A stretch of DNA of 46,748 bases from Sandaracinaceae bacterium. Lineage in GTDB: Bacteria; Myxococcota_A; Polyangia; Polyangiales; Sandaracinaceae. Position 1 is the first letter of the stretch, and every line of letters begins with the position of its first letter. Below, one piece after another: positions 12,875 through 22,231 of the stretch. The notes beneath the pieces are model-generated. The model did not search any database and was not told the origin of the DNA. It saw nothing but the letters and a program-made list of their open reading frames with translations. Where the stretch lies: positions 1 through 46,748 of the forward strand of contig JBGAQA010000050.1 in assembly GCA_044220955.1 (NCBI GenBank), read 5' to 3'. Both the position numbers and the translations under genes were made by a program.

Positions 12875-14278
12875 TCACGCGCCCAGGGACGCCTTTCGCT
12901 CCGGCGCTCCCGCGGGACCCACGCGGTAGCCGTAGCGGTCCATGTACTCGCGGTGCTCGTCGGCGTACTGCTCCGCGTCGATGCCGTACTCCTCGAGCGA
13001 GTAGCGGTGGCGGCCGTACTTCCCCTGGCGGTTCGCGTCCAGGTACGCCCCCATGCGCTGCTCGAACACGGCCGTCACCTCGAGGTCGAAGAACGCGTAG
13101 ATGCGCTTCACCATCGCGATCGGGTCCGCGAAGAGCTCGTCGTACATGCAGTCGAAGATCCGCGCGTCGAGCTCCGGGTGGGCGCGGCGGTGGGCGAGGG
13201 GGCCGGTCAGGCACGCGTCGAGGAAGATCCGCGCGTGCTTCGCGAAGCCCTTCTTGTCGAACGTGCCCTCGCGATCGAAGGCGACGCACCACGACTCGAG
13301 CAGGCGGCACACGGACGGGAGCACGATCAGGGGATTGCGGTGGGTGACCACCATCCGCACGTCGGGGTAGGTCTCGAACACGAGCGGGAAGACCGGCGCG
13401 TAGTTGGGCGCCTTCAGCGTCCAGTGCGAGGGCGCCGGCCGGTAGGCGTCGAGCATCGTGAAGAGGAGGCGCTCGTAGCGGAGCACGGGGCGCTTGTCCT
13501 CGACGGCGAGCAGCGCCCGGGACGCGGTCGCCCCGGCGCCCGGGGCGCCGACCATCGCCATGCCGTGGTGCCCGAGCATGTAGATGAACGACTCCTCGAA
13601 CTCCGTGGCGCCGAGCAGGTGCGACTCGCTGAACTTCTCGATGAACCCCGGGGCCATGCGCTGGAGCGTTCCGATCACGCTGCTGGCCTGCGCGATCCGC
13701 GGATCCGCGAGCGGGTCGGCGTCCGGCCCGAGCGGCGGCAGGGGCGCCTCGAGCTCGTACGTGCGCGGCGAGCGCGAGCGGGGATCCTCGCTCATCAGAC
13801 GCTGGAGCAGCGTGCTGCCCGTGCGCGGCATGCCCGCGATCAGGATGGGCGCGCGCATCTTGCCGTGCGCCTCGATGAACGCACGGTTGTCGGCGTAGTG
13901 CTGGAGCACCCTCGCGCGCACACCGAGCAAGCCGACGACGGACCTGCGGTAGATCGCGCGGCCCACGCCGAGCAGGTATGGGTTGCGATCGAAGCCGCGC
14001 AGCATCGTGCCGACGCACTCGCGCAGACGCGCGAGCTCGTCCGGGGTGCCGGTGAGCGCGTCGTGCGGCGCTGCGGCGTCGAACGCGGCGAGCCCCGGTC
14101 GCTCGAGCGCGAGCATCCACGGGGCCGCGCCGCCCCCGAGCGCGTTCAGCCACTCGAGCGGCCGGAGCCAGGGGGAGTAGCGCACGTGGTTCGGCGGAAA
14201 GCGGCCCGGCTCGGCGCGCTCCGCGGGCGTGCCCTCGTGCTCGTAGTACTCGTCCGGCGACATCGAAGGCTGCGACAT
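12875..14278 (-). CDS. Sulfotransferase family protein
   Basis: PAPS-binding 'GMPRTGSTLL', 'WTLKAP', 'THRNP', and 'HRYSLEEYG' C-terminus. ATG at 14278. Confidence 0.9.
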   Translation of the reverse strand: MSQPSMSPDEYYEHEGTPAERAEPGRFPPNHVRYSPWLRPLEWLNALGGGAAPWMLALERPGLAAFDAAAPHDALTGTPDELARLRECVGTMLRGFDRNPYLLGVGRAIYRRSVVGLLGVRARVLQHYADNRAFIEAHGKMRAPILIAGMPRTGSTLLQRLMSEDPRSRSPRTYELEAPLPPLGPDADPLADPRIAQASSVIGTLQRMAPGFIEKFSESHLLGATEFEESFIYMLGHHGMAMVGAPGAGATASRALLAVEDKRPVLRYERLLFTMLDAYRPAPSHWTLKAPNYAPVFPLVFETYPDVRMVVTHRNPLIVLPSVCRLLESWCVAFDREGTFDKKGFAKHARIFLDACLTGPLAHRRAHPELDARIFDCMYDELFADPIAMVKRIYAFFDLEVTAVFEQRMGAYLDANRQGKYGRHRYSLEEYGIDAEQYADEHREYMDRYGYRVGPAGAPERKASLGA

Positions 14279-14355
14279 CGGGCCGCGAGTGCTTTGTATG
14301 CAAGGCTCGGGAGGGAAGACAAGGGGCACGGCGCCGACCGGCGGCGGCGCGCGTC

Positions 14356-14377
14356 CGCGTTGACCCGGGTCAACGCG
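14356..14377. promoter_or_regulatory. Perfect 22-bp palindrome in divergent intergenic region
   Basis: CGCGTTGACCC|GGGTCAACGCG between the sulfotransferase and the FHA-sigma54 activator. Confidence 0.5.
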
Positions 14378-14524
14378 AGCCTCGAGTCGCGGACGGAGGC
14401 CCGCGGGGCGCGCCGTGTATGATGCCCGCGCTGCTCGTCGGGCATCGCCGCCGCGCGCGGTCCCGGCGGTGGCCGCGCGATCCCGATCCGGCCGTCCTGC
14501 CTTCCGCGTAAGCTCTCGGGCGGG

Positions 14525-15877
14525 ATGGCGCTCGATCCCGACCTCGAGACCGGCACCTGGGTCACGCGCGTCGCGACCGGCGAGGACGTCGCGCGGGTGC
14601 GCGCCTGCCGCCTGGAGGTGATCGCCGGCCCCGACGCGGGGCTGGTCGTGCGCATCGCCGCCTCGCGCGTCCGCATCGGCCGCGGCCCCGTCGACGTCGC
14701 GCTCGAGGACAAGAAGGTGTCGGCCGTCCATGCCGAGATCGAGCTCGAGCCGCGCGGCTACCGGCTGCGCGATCTGGGCTCGAGCAACGGCACCTTCGTC
14801 GGGCAGGTGCGGATCGTCGACGGCTACCTCACCTCGGGGGCGGTGATCACCGTGGGCGACGACCAGATCCGCTTCGTGGCCGAGGCGGCGTCGGTGGAGG
14901 TGCCGCTCCACGACGACGCGGGGCTGGCGGGGATGCTCGGCAAGAGCGCAGCGATGCGCCGCCTCTTCGCCGAGATCGATCGCGTCGCGGCCACGGACGC
15001 GACCGTGCTGGTGACGGGCGAGACGGGCACGGGCAAGGAGTGCGTCGCCGATGCGCTGCACCAGCTCTCCGCGCGCTCGGGTGGGCCCTTCGTCGTGCTC
15101 GACTGCGGCGCCGTCCCGGCGCAGCTCTTCGAGTCGCAGCTCTTCGGGCACGAGGCGGGCGCGTTCACGGACGCGCGTCGCGCCTCGCCCGGCGTGTTCG
15201 AGCAGGCCGAGGGCGGGACGGTGTTCCTCGACGAGATCGGCGAGCTGCCGCTCGACCTGCAGACACGCCTGCTCCGGGTGGTCGAGACGCGCACCGTGCG
15301 GCGCCTCGGGGGCCGGGAGAGCAAGGCGCTCGACGTGCGCGTCGTCGCCGCCACCAACCGCGACCTCGCGGCCGAGGTCAACCGCGGCACGTTCCGGAGC
15401 GATCTCTACTATCGCCTCTCGGTGGTGGAGCTGAGCGTGCCGCCGCTGCGCGAGCGCCTCGAGGACGTCGAGCCACTCGCTCTGCACTTCCTGTCCACGA
15501 TCGCGCCCGGCGGGACGGCCGCGCTGCCCGAGGGGTTCCTCGCCTGGGCGCGCGCGCACCCCTGGCCCGGCAACGTGCGACAGCTCCGCAACGCCGTGGA
15601 GCGGGCAGTGACGCTCGGGTCCTTCGCCCCGCAGCCGCGACCCACCGGCTCGCCCGCCGGGCCGACGATCGATCTCTCGGTGCCGTTCCGCGACGCCAAG
15701 CAGCGGCTCGTCGACGACTTCGATCGCGCCTACATCGGCGCCCTGCTGGCGCGGCACGCGGGCAACGTCTCGGCCGCCGCGCGCGCGGCCGGGATCGACC
15801 GGATGTCGATCTACAAGGCGATGGCGCGCCTCGGTCTCGGCGCGGCGGGGCAGGGCGACGACCACGACGGCCGATGA
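14525..15877 (+). CDS. FHA-domain sigma54-dependent transcriptional activator (Fis HTH)
   Basis: FHA (GR...VSAVHA...DLGSSNGT), Walker A GETGTGKE, GAFTDA loop, FLDEIGE, WPGNVRQL, and a C-terminal HTH. Confidence 0.93.
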   Translation: MALDPDLETGTWVTRVATGEDVARVRACRLEVIAGPDAGLVVRIAASRVRIGRGPVDVALEDKKVSAVHAEIELEPRGYRLRDLGSSNGTFVGQVRIVDGYLTSGAVITVGDDQIRFVAEAASVEVPLHDDAGLAGMLGKSAAMRRLFAEIDRVAATDATVLVTGETGTGKECVADALHQLSARSGGPFVVLDCGAVPAQLFESQLFGHEAGAFTDARRASPGVFEQAEGGTVFLDEIGELPLDLQTRLLRVVETRTVRRLGGRESKALDVRVVAATNRDLAAEVNRGTFRSDLYYRLSVVELSVPPLRERLEDVEPLALHFLSTIAPGGTAALPEGFLAWARAHPWPGNVRQLRNAVERAVTLGSFAPQPRPTGSPAGPTIDLSVPFRDAKQRLVDDFDRAYIGALLARHAGNVSAAARAAGIDRMSIYKAMARLGLGAAGQGDDHDGR

Positions 15878-18267
15878 GCGTGCGCGCGGACGCGGCCGCC
15901 GCCGGCTCGGTGATCGATCCGCGCGGGGCCTGGGTGGTGGCTGCGCTGGGCTGCGTCGTCGGGCTGGCTGTCGTCGTGCTCCTCGGTCGCGAGGCCCCGC
16001 CTCGCGACGCGGCGCTCGCGGGCCTGGGCGCCGACGCCCTGGTCTTCGGCGCGCTCGCGCTCCGCGCCCGCCCAGGGCTCGACGCCCGCCCGCTCGACGC
16101 CGCGCTCCTGGTCGTGGCCGCCGTCCTGCTCGCGCCGCTCGCGTGGTTGTTCGGCCCGAGCGCGGGGGTCATCGCGGCTCCCGTCGCGCTCGCGCTCCTG
16201 GTGGTGGGGCTGCTCGCCGGGCGCGGGATCGGCGAGCGGACCGCGCGCGCCGTCGCGCTCGCGCTCGCGGGGGGGCCGCTCGCGGTGCTCGTGCTGGTGG
16301 TGGCGCGCGTCCTTCCGGATCTCTCGCTCACACGCGTGCTCATCCCCGGCCACCCGGACTGGCAGCACGTCGCCGCACACCTCGCCGCGCAGATGGTGTT
16401 CCTCGTCGCGTTCGTCGCCGGCGGCGCCCTGCGAGAGCGCTACGCGGAGGTCGAGGCCGAGCTCGAGCGAACGGTGCGCCAGGCGCCCGTGCGCGCCGCG
16501 CTGCTCGACGAGGCGCGCGCGGAGTACCGCCGCGCGCTCCGCGTGGGCCGCGCGAACCTGCCCGCGGAGCGGGTGGTGCGCGCCAGCGAGCCCCCGCCGC
16601 CCGACCCGGACGAGCCGTCGACTCGCGCCCAGCCCGCGCCGCCGGCCGCCCCCGCGGCGGCCCCGGCGTCCGCGACGCTGCGAACGACGGCGCTCTTCCG
16701 CGAGGCGTTTCGCGGAAAGATGCACGGGCAGCACCGGGCGGTGCTGGCGCTCTGCGCGTTCGGGGCGGGCATCCTCCTGGTCATCGCGCGCAATCGCGTG
16801 CCCCTGCTCGTCGCGCTCGCGTCGATGGGCGCGATCGCCGGCCTCTCGCTCCTCGGCCGCCACCTCGCGCGCACGCGCGGCGAGGACGCCGCGCACTGGC
16901 CCTGGGCGCTGATCGCCGCGCTGAGCGTGGGCCCGGCGTACTCGTTCGGGATGCACTCGGCGTTCGCGTGCGTCGTGGCCGCGCTCCTCTTCGTCGGGAG
17001 CTCGTTCCGCGCGGCGTCGGGGGCGCACGTCTCGCGGCGCCTCCCGGTGCTCGCGGCCGTCGTGCTCGCGCACGGGGGCCTCTTCGTCGCCATCGCGACG
17101 GGTCGGGTTCCGGACGCCGGGAACGTGCCCGTGCTCGCGGCTGGTCACGCGCCGTTCGAGCCGGTGGTCCTGCACGCGATGCTGCAGGGCTCGTACGTGA
17201 TCGCGTTCGCCGCCGGGTGGATGGTCGACGCGCGACACGACCGTCTCGCGCGCGAGGCGACGCGTGCCGCCTCCCTCGCCGCGCGCGAGGAGAGCCAGCT
17301 CGCCCGCGCCGACGCCGAGATCGTCCGCGTGCTCTCCGGCGCCGGCGCGGGTCTGTTCACCGGCGAGCGCATCGGTCCGTACGAGCTCGGCAGGCTGATC
17401 GCCAGCGGCGCGGTCGGTGACGTGTACGAGGCTGCTCGCGCGGGTGACGCGGGTGACGCGGGTAGGGTCGCGATCAAGCTCGTGCGACGGGAGCGGGCGA
17501 CCGACCCCCTCGCGCTCGAGCTGCTCACGCGGGAGGCCGCGGCGCTCGGCCGGATCCGCAGCCCCTTCGTGGCCCGCATCCTCGAGGCGGGCGCGGATCG
17601 CGACCTGCCCTACGTGGCGATGGAGCTCATCGAGGGGCCCTCGCTCGCGGCGGTGCTGCGCGCGCGTCGGCGACTCCCGCTCGAGGAGCTGCGCCGGCTC
17701 GTGCGCGACCTCTCGCGAGGCCTCGCGGACGTGCACGACGCGGGGCTGCTCCATCGAGACGTCAAGCCGCACAACGTGATGCTCACGGCCACCCCGGAGG
17801 GCGAACGCTGGAAGCTCGTCGACTTCGGCCTCGCCGGCGCGGCGGGCCGCGGCGCGGTGAGCGGCGGGACGCCGGCGTACATGGCGCCCGAGCAGGCGCT
17901 CGGCGAGCGGGTCGACCCGCGCGCCGACCTCTACTCGCTCGGCCTCGTCGTCTACCGTGCGCTCACCGGGCGGCCGGCGTTCCTCGGGAGCGATCGCGAG
18001 GCCATCGCGCGCGCCGCGCGCGCGTCCGCGCCGCCGGATCCCGCGGGCGTCGTGCCCGTGCCGTCGGACCTGCGCGACGCGCTCCGCCTCGCCCTGGCCG
18101 CGTCACCCTCGGAGCGCTTCTCGACGCCGCGCGAGCTGGCGGCCGCCTTCGAGGCGGCCTTCGAGGGGCGGCTCCCCGACAAGCAGCGCAGCCGCGCGCG
18201 GGCGCTGCCCTGGGCGAGCGCCGATGCCGGCCCGCCGGGCGTCGAGGGGAGTGCGGACCACGGGTAG
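15874..18267 (+). CDS. Membrane Ser/Thr protein kinase with duplicated N-terminal TM module
   Basis: ATGA overlap with the activator. Two TM blocks, then a kinase with VAIK, HRDVKPHN, DFG and GTPAYMAPE. Confidence 0.88.
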   Translation: MSVRADAAAAGSVIDPRGAWVVAALGCVVGLAVVVLLGREAPPRDAALAGLGADALVFGALALRARPGLDARPLDAALLVVAAVLLAPLAWLFGPSAGVIAAPVALALLVVGLLAGRGIGERTARAVALALAGGPLAVLVLVVARVLPDLSLTRVLIPGHPDWQHVAAHLAAQMVFLVAFVAGGALRERYAEVEAELERTVRQAPVRAALLDEARAEYRRALRVGRANLPAERVVRASEPPPPDPDEPSTRAQPAPPAAPAAAPASATLRTTALFREAFRGKMHGQHRAVLALCAFGAGILLVIARNRVPLLVALASMGAIAGLSLLGRHLARTRGEDAAHWPWALIAALSVGPAYSFGMHSAFACVVAALLFVGSSFRAASGAHVSRRLPVLAAVVLAHGGLFVAIATGRVPDAGNVPVLAAGHAPFEPVVLHAMLQGSYVIAFAAGWMVDARHDRLAREATRAASLAAREESQLARADAEIVRVLSGAGAGLFTGERIGPYELGRLIASGAVGDVYEAARAGDAGDAGRVAIKLVRRERATDPLALELLTREAAALGRIRSPFVARILEAGADRDLPYVAMELIEGPSLAAVLRARRRLPLEELRRLVRDLSRGLADVHDAGLLHRDVKPHNVMLTATPEGERWKLVDFGLAGAAGRGAVSGGTPAYMAPEQALGERVDPRADLYSLGLVVYRALTGRPAFLGSDREAIARAARASAPPDPAGVVPVPSDLRDALRLALAASPSERFSTPRELAAAFEAAFEGRLPDKQRSRARALPWASADAGPPGVEGSADHG

Positions 18268-18297
18268 CAGTCCCGGTCGCGCCTGCTACCCGTGGTC
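18256..18297. repeat. 15-bp inverted repeat at the end of the kinase gene
   Basis: GACCACGGGTAGCAG-12nt-CTGCTACCCGTGGTC. Confidence 0.7.
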
Positions 18298-18379
18298 GGC
18301 AGTCCGCCCGCGAGACCCGCGAATTCCGCGCGTTTCCGGCGCGCACGCCGCTTGCTGGGCTGCCCGCCCGGAGGTCGCC

Positions 18380-19597
18380 GTGCGGTCCAAGAGCTTGCTT
18401 GCCTCGGTGCTGGGTTGTCTCGTCGGATCGGGCTGCTCGGGCGGCGCGCCGCTGCAGCTCGACGCGGCGGTCGCGGGGGACGCGGCCCGTCCCGGAGCGC
18501 CCGATGCGTGGAGCGCCGCGCAGGACGCGGGCGCGTCCAGGCTCGATGCCGCCTCACCGCCGGCCGACGACGCCGCGGCGGCGAGCGACGACGCGGCCCT
18601 GCCCGCCCGCGACGTGCGCTGCGGCGACCCCGCCCCGCCGGGCGCGTCGCTGCCGCCCCCGCTGCCCGCCTATTCGGCCGGCAGCTGCCCCGCGATCGCG
18701 GCCGGGCGCAACGCCTTCACCTCGGGGGGCGTCACGCGCGAGTTCCTCGTCGTCGTACCGACGGACTACGACCCAGCGGTCGAGCGCCTGCCGGTGGTCT
18801 TCATGTGGCACTACCTCGGCGGGAGCGCGGACTCGATGCTCACGCACGGGCAGGCGCAAGAGAGCGCCGACGCGCTCCGGTTCATCGCGGTGATCCCCGA
18901 GAAGCTCGGCGACCTCGCGATCGAGCTCCCGCTCGTGGGGACCTTCGATCCGGCGTGGCCCTACCTCGAGAGCGCGAGCGACGCGCGCGTGCAGCAGGAG
19001 CTGACGTTCTTCGACGACATGCTCGCGTGCGTGGCGGGCGCGTTCGCCATCGACGAGAGCTGCATCTCCACGGTCGGCGTGAGCGCCGGGGCGCTCTGGA
19101 CCTCGCAGCTCCTGCAGCATCGCAGCGAGCGGCTCGCGAGCGCGATCGTGATGTCGGGCGGGATCGGCCCGGCGACGAGCGGGCTCGGAGCCGGGCTCGG
19201 GCTCGAGGTGCGAGGCTTCACGGGCGTGACCCACCGCATGCCCATCCTGCTCGGCTGGGGCGGGCCGCGCGATCAGTGCGGCCTGGCCTTCCAGCGCGCC
19301 TCGCTCAACCTCGAGTCGCACCTCGAGGGCCACTTCGTCGAGGAGTGCGTCCACAACTGCGGTCACACCGTGCCGCCGGTCGACGCCGCCGCGGGCCTGA
19401 GCGTGCTCTGGAGCTTCGCGCTCGATCATCCCTACTGGCTTCGCGACGGCGAGTCTCCCTACCTCGCGCGGGGCAGGCCCAGCGGGACGCCGGACTGGTG
19501 CGGGCTCGGCGTGGGCAGCGCCACGCCTCGCGTCGGCGAGTGCATGCCCATCGAGGGCGCGGGCGGACTCTCGTCCTGCCCCGTGCCGGCGCTCTGA
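18380..19597 (+). CDS. Lipoprotein alpha/beta-hydrolase (PHB-depolymerase/esterase-like)
   Basis: GGAGG RBS then GTG, lipobox GSGC, 'LPVVFMWH', nucleophile elbow GVSAG, and 'HNCGH'. Confidence 0.8.
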   Translation: MRSKSLLASVLGCLVGSGCSGGAPLQLDAAVAGDAARPGAPDAWSAAQDAGASRLDAASPPADDAAAASDDAALPARDVRCGDPAPPGASLPPPLPAYSAGSCPAIAAGRNAFTSGGVTREFLVVVPTDYDPAVERLPVVFMWHYLGGSADSMLTHGQAQESADALRFIAVIPEKLGDLAIELPLVGTFDPAWPYLESASDARVQQELTFFDDMLACVAGAFAIDESCISTVGVSAGALWTSQLLQHRSERLASAIVMSGGIGPATSGLGAGLGLEVRGFTGVTHRMPILLGWGGPRDQCGLAFQRASLNLESHLEGHFVEECVHNCGHTVPPVDAAAGLSVLWSFALDHPYWLRDGESPYLARGRPSGTPDWCGLGVGSATPRVGECMPIEGAGGLSSCPVPAL

Positions 19598-19625
19598 CCT
19601 CGTAAAATGAAGTGAGAGGACGATC

Positions 19626-21455
19626 ATGAAGCACCTCGCGTTCGCCGTACTGGCTCTCTCGGCTCTCGGCCTCGTCTCGTCGTGCACCGTGGCGCGCGGG
19701 CACGTGGACTCCGACGCGGGCCCGTCGGGAGGCGACACCGGCCGCGGCGACACAGGCGGGTCGGGCGCGTGCACGGTGGGCTTCACGCGCTGCACCGCGG
19801 ACCGCTTCGAGCGCTGCAGCGCCGGCGTGTGGACGATGGAGGCGACGTGCGCCGCGGACCAGGCCTGTCATCCCCAGCGTGGCTGCGTGTCAGGGGATGC
19901 ATGCACGCTCGCCGAGATCGAGCGCTCGAGCGTCGGCTGCGTGTACATGGCCGTCGATCTGCCCCAGCCGCGCGTCTCGTCGTGGCCGCTCGTCGTCGGG
20001 CACCCGTGGAGCGCGCAGTTCGGCGTCGCGATCTCGAACCCCTGGCCCGACGCCGCGACCATCCGCGTGACCCAGAACGACGCCGCGGCGGGGACGGGCG
20101 TGAGCGAGACGCTGGTGACCGAGGTCGTCATCGCGGGGAACACCGTGTCCGTCATCCCGCTGCCGTCGCGCGAGGTCTCGGGGCTCGACTCGAACACGGG
20201 ACCGCCGAGCCGCTCGGGCGTGACGAACCGAGCCTACCGGATCGAGAGCTCGCTCCCGGTCGTGGCCTACCAGTTCAACCCGCTCGCGAACGCCGGGATC
20301 TACTCCGACGACGCCTCGCTGCTCGTCCCGGTGCACTCGCTCGACGAGAGCTACGTCGCCATCGGCTGGCCCGGCCGCGGCGCAGACGGCCCCGCGGGCG
20401 TGCCGGCGGACAACCGCTCGTTCCTCACGATCGTCGCGCCCTTCGACGGGACGCGCGTGCGCATCACCCCGAGCACCGACGTCCAGGCCGGCGACGGCGT
20501 GCCGGCGCTCGCCGCGGGCGAGTCGTTCGAGGTGCTGCTCAACCAGTACGGTGTGCTGAACGTGCAGGGCGCCGACGTGCGCACGTCCGGCCCGACCGAC
20601 TTCACGGGCACGCACATCGAGGCCGACCTGCCGATCTCGGTCTTCAGCGGCGTCGAGGCGATCAACATCTCCGAGCCTGGCCAGGGCCGCTGCTGCGCGG
20701 ACCACCTCGAGGAGCAGCTCCTGCCGCGCTCGTCGCTCGGGCCCGACTACGTCGCGGTGCGCAGCCGGCCGCGCCGTCCGTCGAGCGTCGGCTCGCCCGA
20801 GGAGGACTACTTCAAGGTCCTCGCGCTCGTCGACGGGACCACCGTGACCACGTCGCTCCCGGGCGCCGACGCCTCGTTCACGCTCGGGCGTGGAGAGCAG
20901 CGCCTGATCTTCACGCCGGAGAGCTTCGTGCTCACGGCCAGCCACCCGGTCGTGGTCGCGCAGTTCCTGCTGAGCGGCGAGGCCATCCACCCGCCCGTCG
21001 TCGATCCGTTCACGCACGAGACGACCGACCCGGGCGAGCAGATCGGCGATCCCTCGTTCATGACGCTGCCGCCCGTCGCGCAGTTCCGGACCGAGTACCG
21101 CTTCCTCGTGCCCGACGGCTACGAGAACGACTACGCGCTCATCGCCGCGCCCGCGGGGACCGAGATCCGCATCGACGGCGCCGTCGCGTCGTGCACGCGC
21201 GCGAGCGTCGGGGAGCTCGCGGGGACCGCCTACGAGGCCCTGCACTGCTCGCTCGGTGACGGTGCGCACCACGCCGAGGCCGACGCGCCCTTCGGCCTCG
21301 TGGTCGAGGGCTGGGGCTCGGGCGTCGTGTCCTACGGCTACACGGGCGGTATGGACTTCGAGCCGATCAACCTCGGCTGCGTCGAGGACACGGAGTGTCC
21401 CGGTGGCGAGTTCTGCTCCGGCGGGCTCTGCGCGCCCGTCATCGAGGTGTTCTGA
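19626..21455 (+). CDS. Lipoprotein with IgGFc-binding-protein N-terminal domain
   Basis: Lipobox VSSC. 'VVAYQFNPL', 'SDDASLLVP', 'ADHLEEQLLP', 'GDPSF..LPPVAQF' and 'SYGYTGG'. Confidence 0.88.
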   Translation: MKHLAFAVLALSALGLVSSCTVARGHVDSDAGPSGGDTGRGDTGGSGACTVGFTRCTADRFERCSAGVWTMEATCAADQACHPQRGCVSGDACTLAEIERSSVGCVYMAVDLPQPRVSSWPLVVGHPWSAQFGVAISNPWPDAATIRVTQNDAAAGTGVSETLVTEVVIAGNTVSVIPLPSREVSGLDSNTGPPSRSGVTNRAYRIESSLPVVAYQFNPLANAGIYSDDASLLVPVHSLDESYVAIGWPGRGADGPAGVPADNRSFLTIVAPFDGTRVRITPSTDVQAGDGVPALAAGESFEVLLNQYGVLNVQGADVRTSGPTDFTGTHIEADLPISVFSGVEAINISEPGQGRCCADHLEEQLLPRSSLGPDYVAVRSRPRRPSSVGSPEEDYFKVLALVDGTTVTTSLPGADASFTLGRGEQRLIFTPESFVLTASHPVVVAQFLLSGEAIHPPVVDPFTHETTDPGEQIGDPSFMTLPPVAQFRTEYRFLVPDGYENDYALIAAPAGTEIRIDGAVASCTRASVGELAGTAYEALHCSLGDGAHHAEADAPFGLVVEGWGSGVVSYGYTGGMDFEPINLGCVEDTECPGGEFCSGGLCAPVIEVF

Positions 21456-21685
21456 GCTTGCAGGGGCCCGGAGCGGGCCCCTCGCCGCACCGGCGGAGCC
21501 GGATGCGTCTCACCCCTCGCTCCGACTCGTCGCTTCGCTCCCCGCGAGGCACACCGCTCGTCGCGCGCGGCCGCCGGATCGTGCCCGAGGCCGTCGTCGA
21601 TCTTGGGACAGCCTTTGAGATCCAGGCGCCCCGCGCTCGGCGGCCGCCCGTTGCGGCGCGGCGCGATTCGCGTCACGTTCGGGCC

Positions 21686-22231
21686 ATGGGGGCTCGGGGG
21701 TATCCCGTCGTCGTGGCGCTCGCGTGCGTCCTGGGCTGCACGCCCGGCACGGGTACGCCGCCGTCGGACGCTGGCCCCGACGCGTACGTGCCCCCGGGCG
21801 TGAATCCGCCCGCGCCTCCCCGCGCCCGCGCGCTCCCTGCCGACGTCGCCGGCGGCATCGGGACCTCCCCGTCCGGGCTCCCGGTGCTCCTCGAGACACC
21901 GCCGGGCCCGGACGGATATCCCGTGGAGCTCGTCTACGACGAGCGCCAGGACGATCCGATCGCTCGCTGGGGCCAGTGCCTCGGCCGCGTCGTGGCCTGC
22001 TACGACGCGAACCCCGGCGTGCCCGTGGCGCCTTGCCTCGCGCTCGTCGCGCGCTGCGACACGAGCGCGGGCGGCGACGGGTGCTGTCCCACCCGGTGCT
22101 TCGACGACTTCGACGCGCAGATCGCGAGCGGCACGGCCGAGTCGGACGCGGTCCTCGACGTGTTCTTCGGGGGCGATTGTGTCGAGGGCTTCGCGGCCCA
22201 GCGCGACGCGGCGGGCGTGGGGCCCCCGTGA
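21686..22231 (+). CDS. Cys-rich lipoprotein
   Basis: Lipobox VLGC, 8 Cys in the C-terminal domain. The stop overlaps the next start (GTGA). Confidence 0.7.
   Translation: MGARGYPVVVALACVLGCTPGTGTPPSDAGPDAYVPPGVNPPAPPRARALPADVAGGIGTSPSGLPVLLETPPGPDGYPVELVYDERQDDPIARWGQCLGRVVACYDANPGVPVAPCLALVARCDTSAGGDGCCPTRCFDDFDAQIASGTAESDAVLDVFFGGDCVEGFAAQRDAAGVGPP

Noticed and set aside
15159..15176. GAFTDA instead of GAFTGA as an inactive activator
   Set aside because: GAFTDA is a common natural variant, and the other AAA+ motifs are intact.
17433..17465. Short GCGGGTGAC tandem duplication in the kinase gene
   Set aside because: An in-frame 9-bp duplication in a loop (AGDAGDAG) with no wider pattern.
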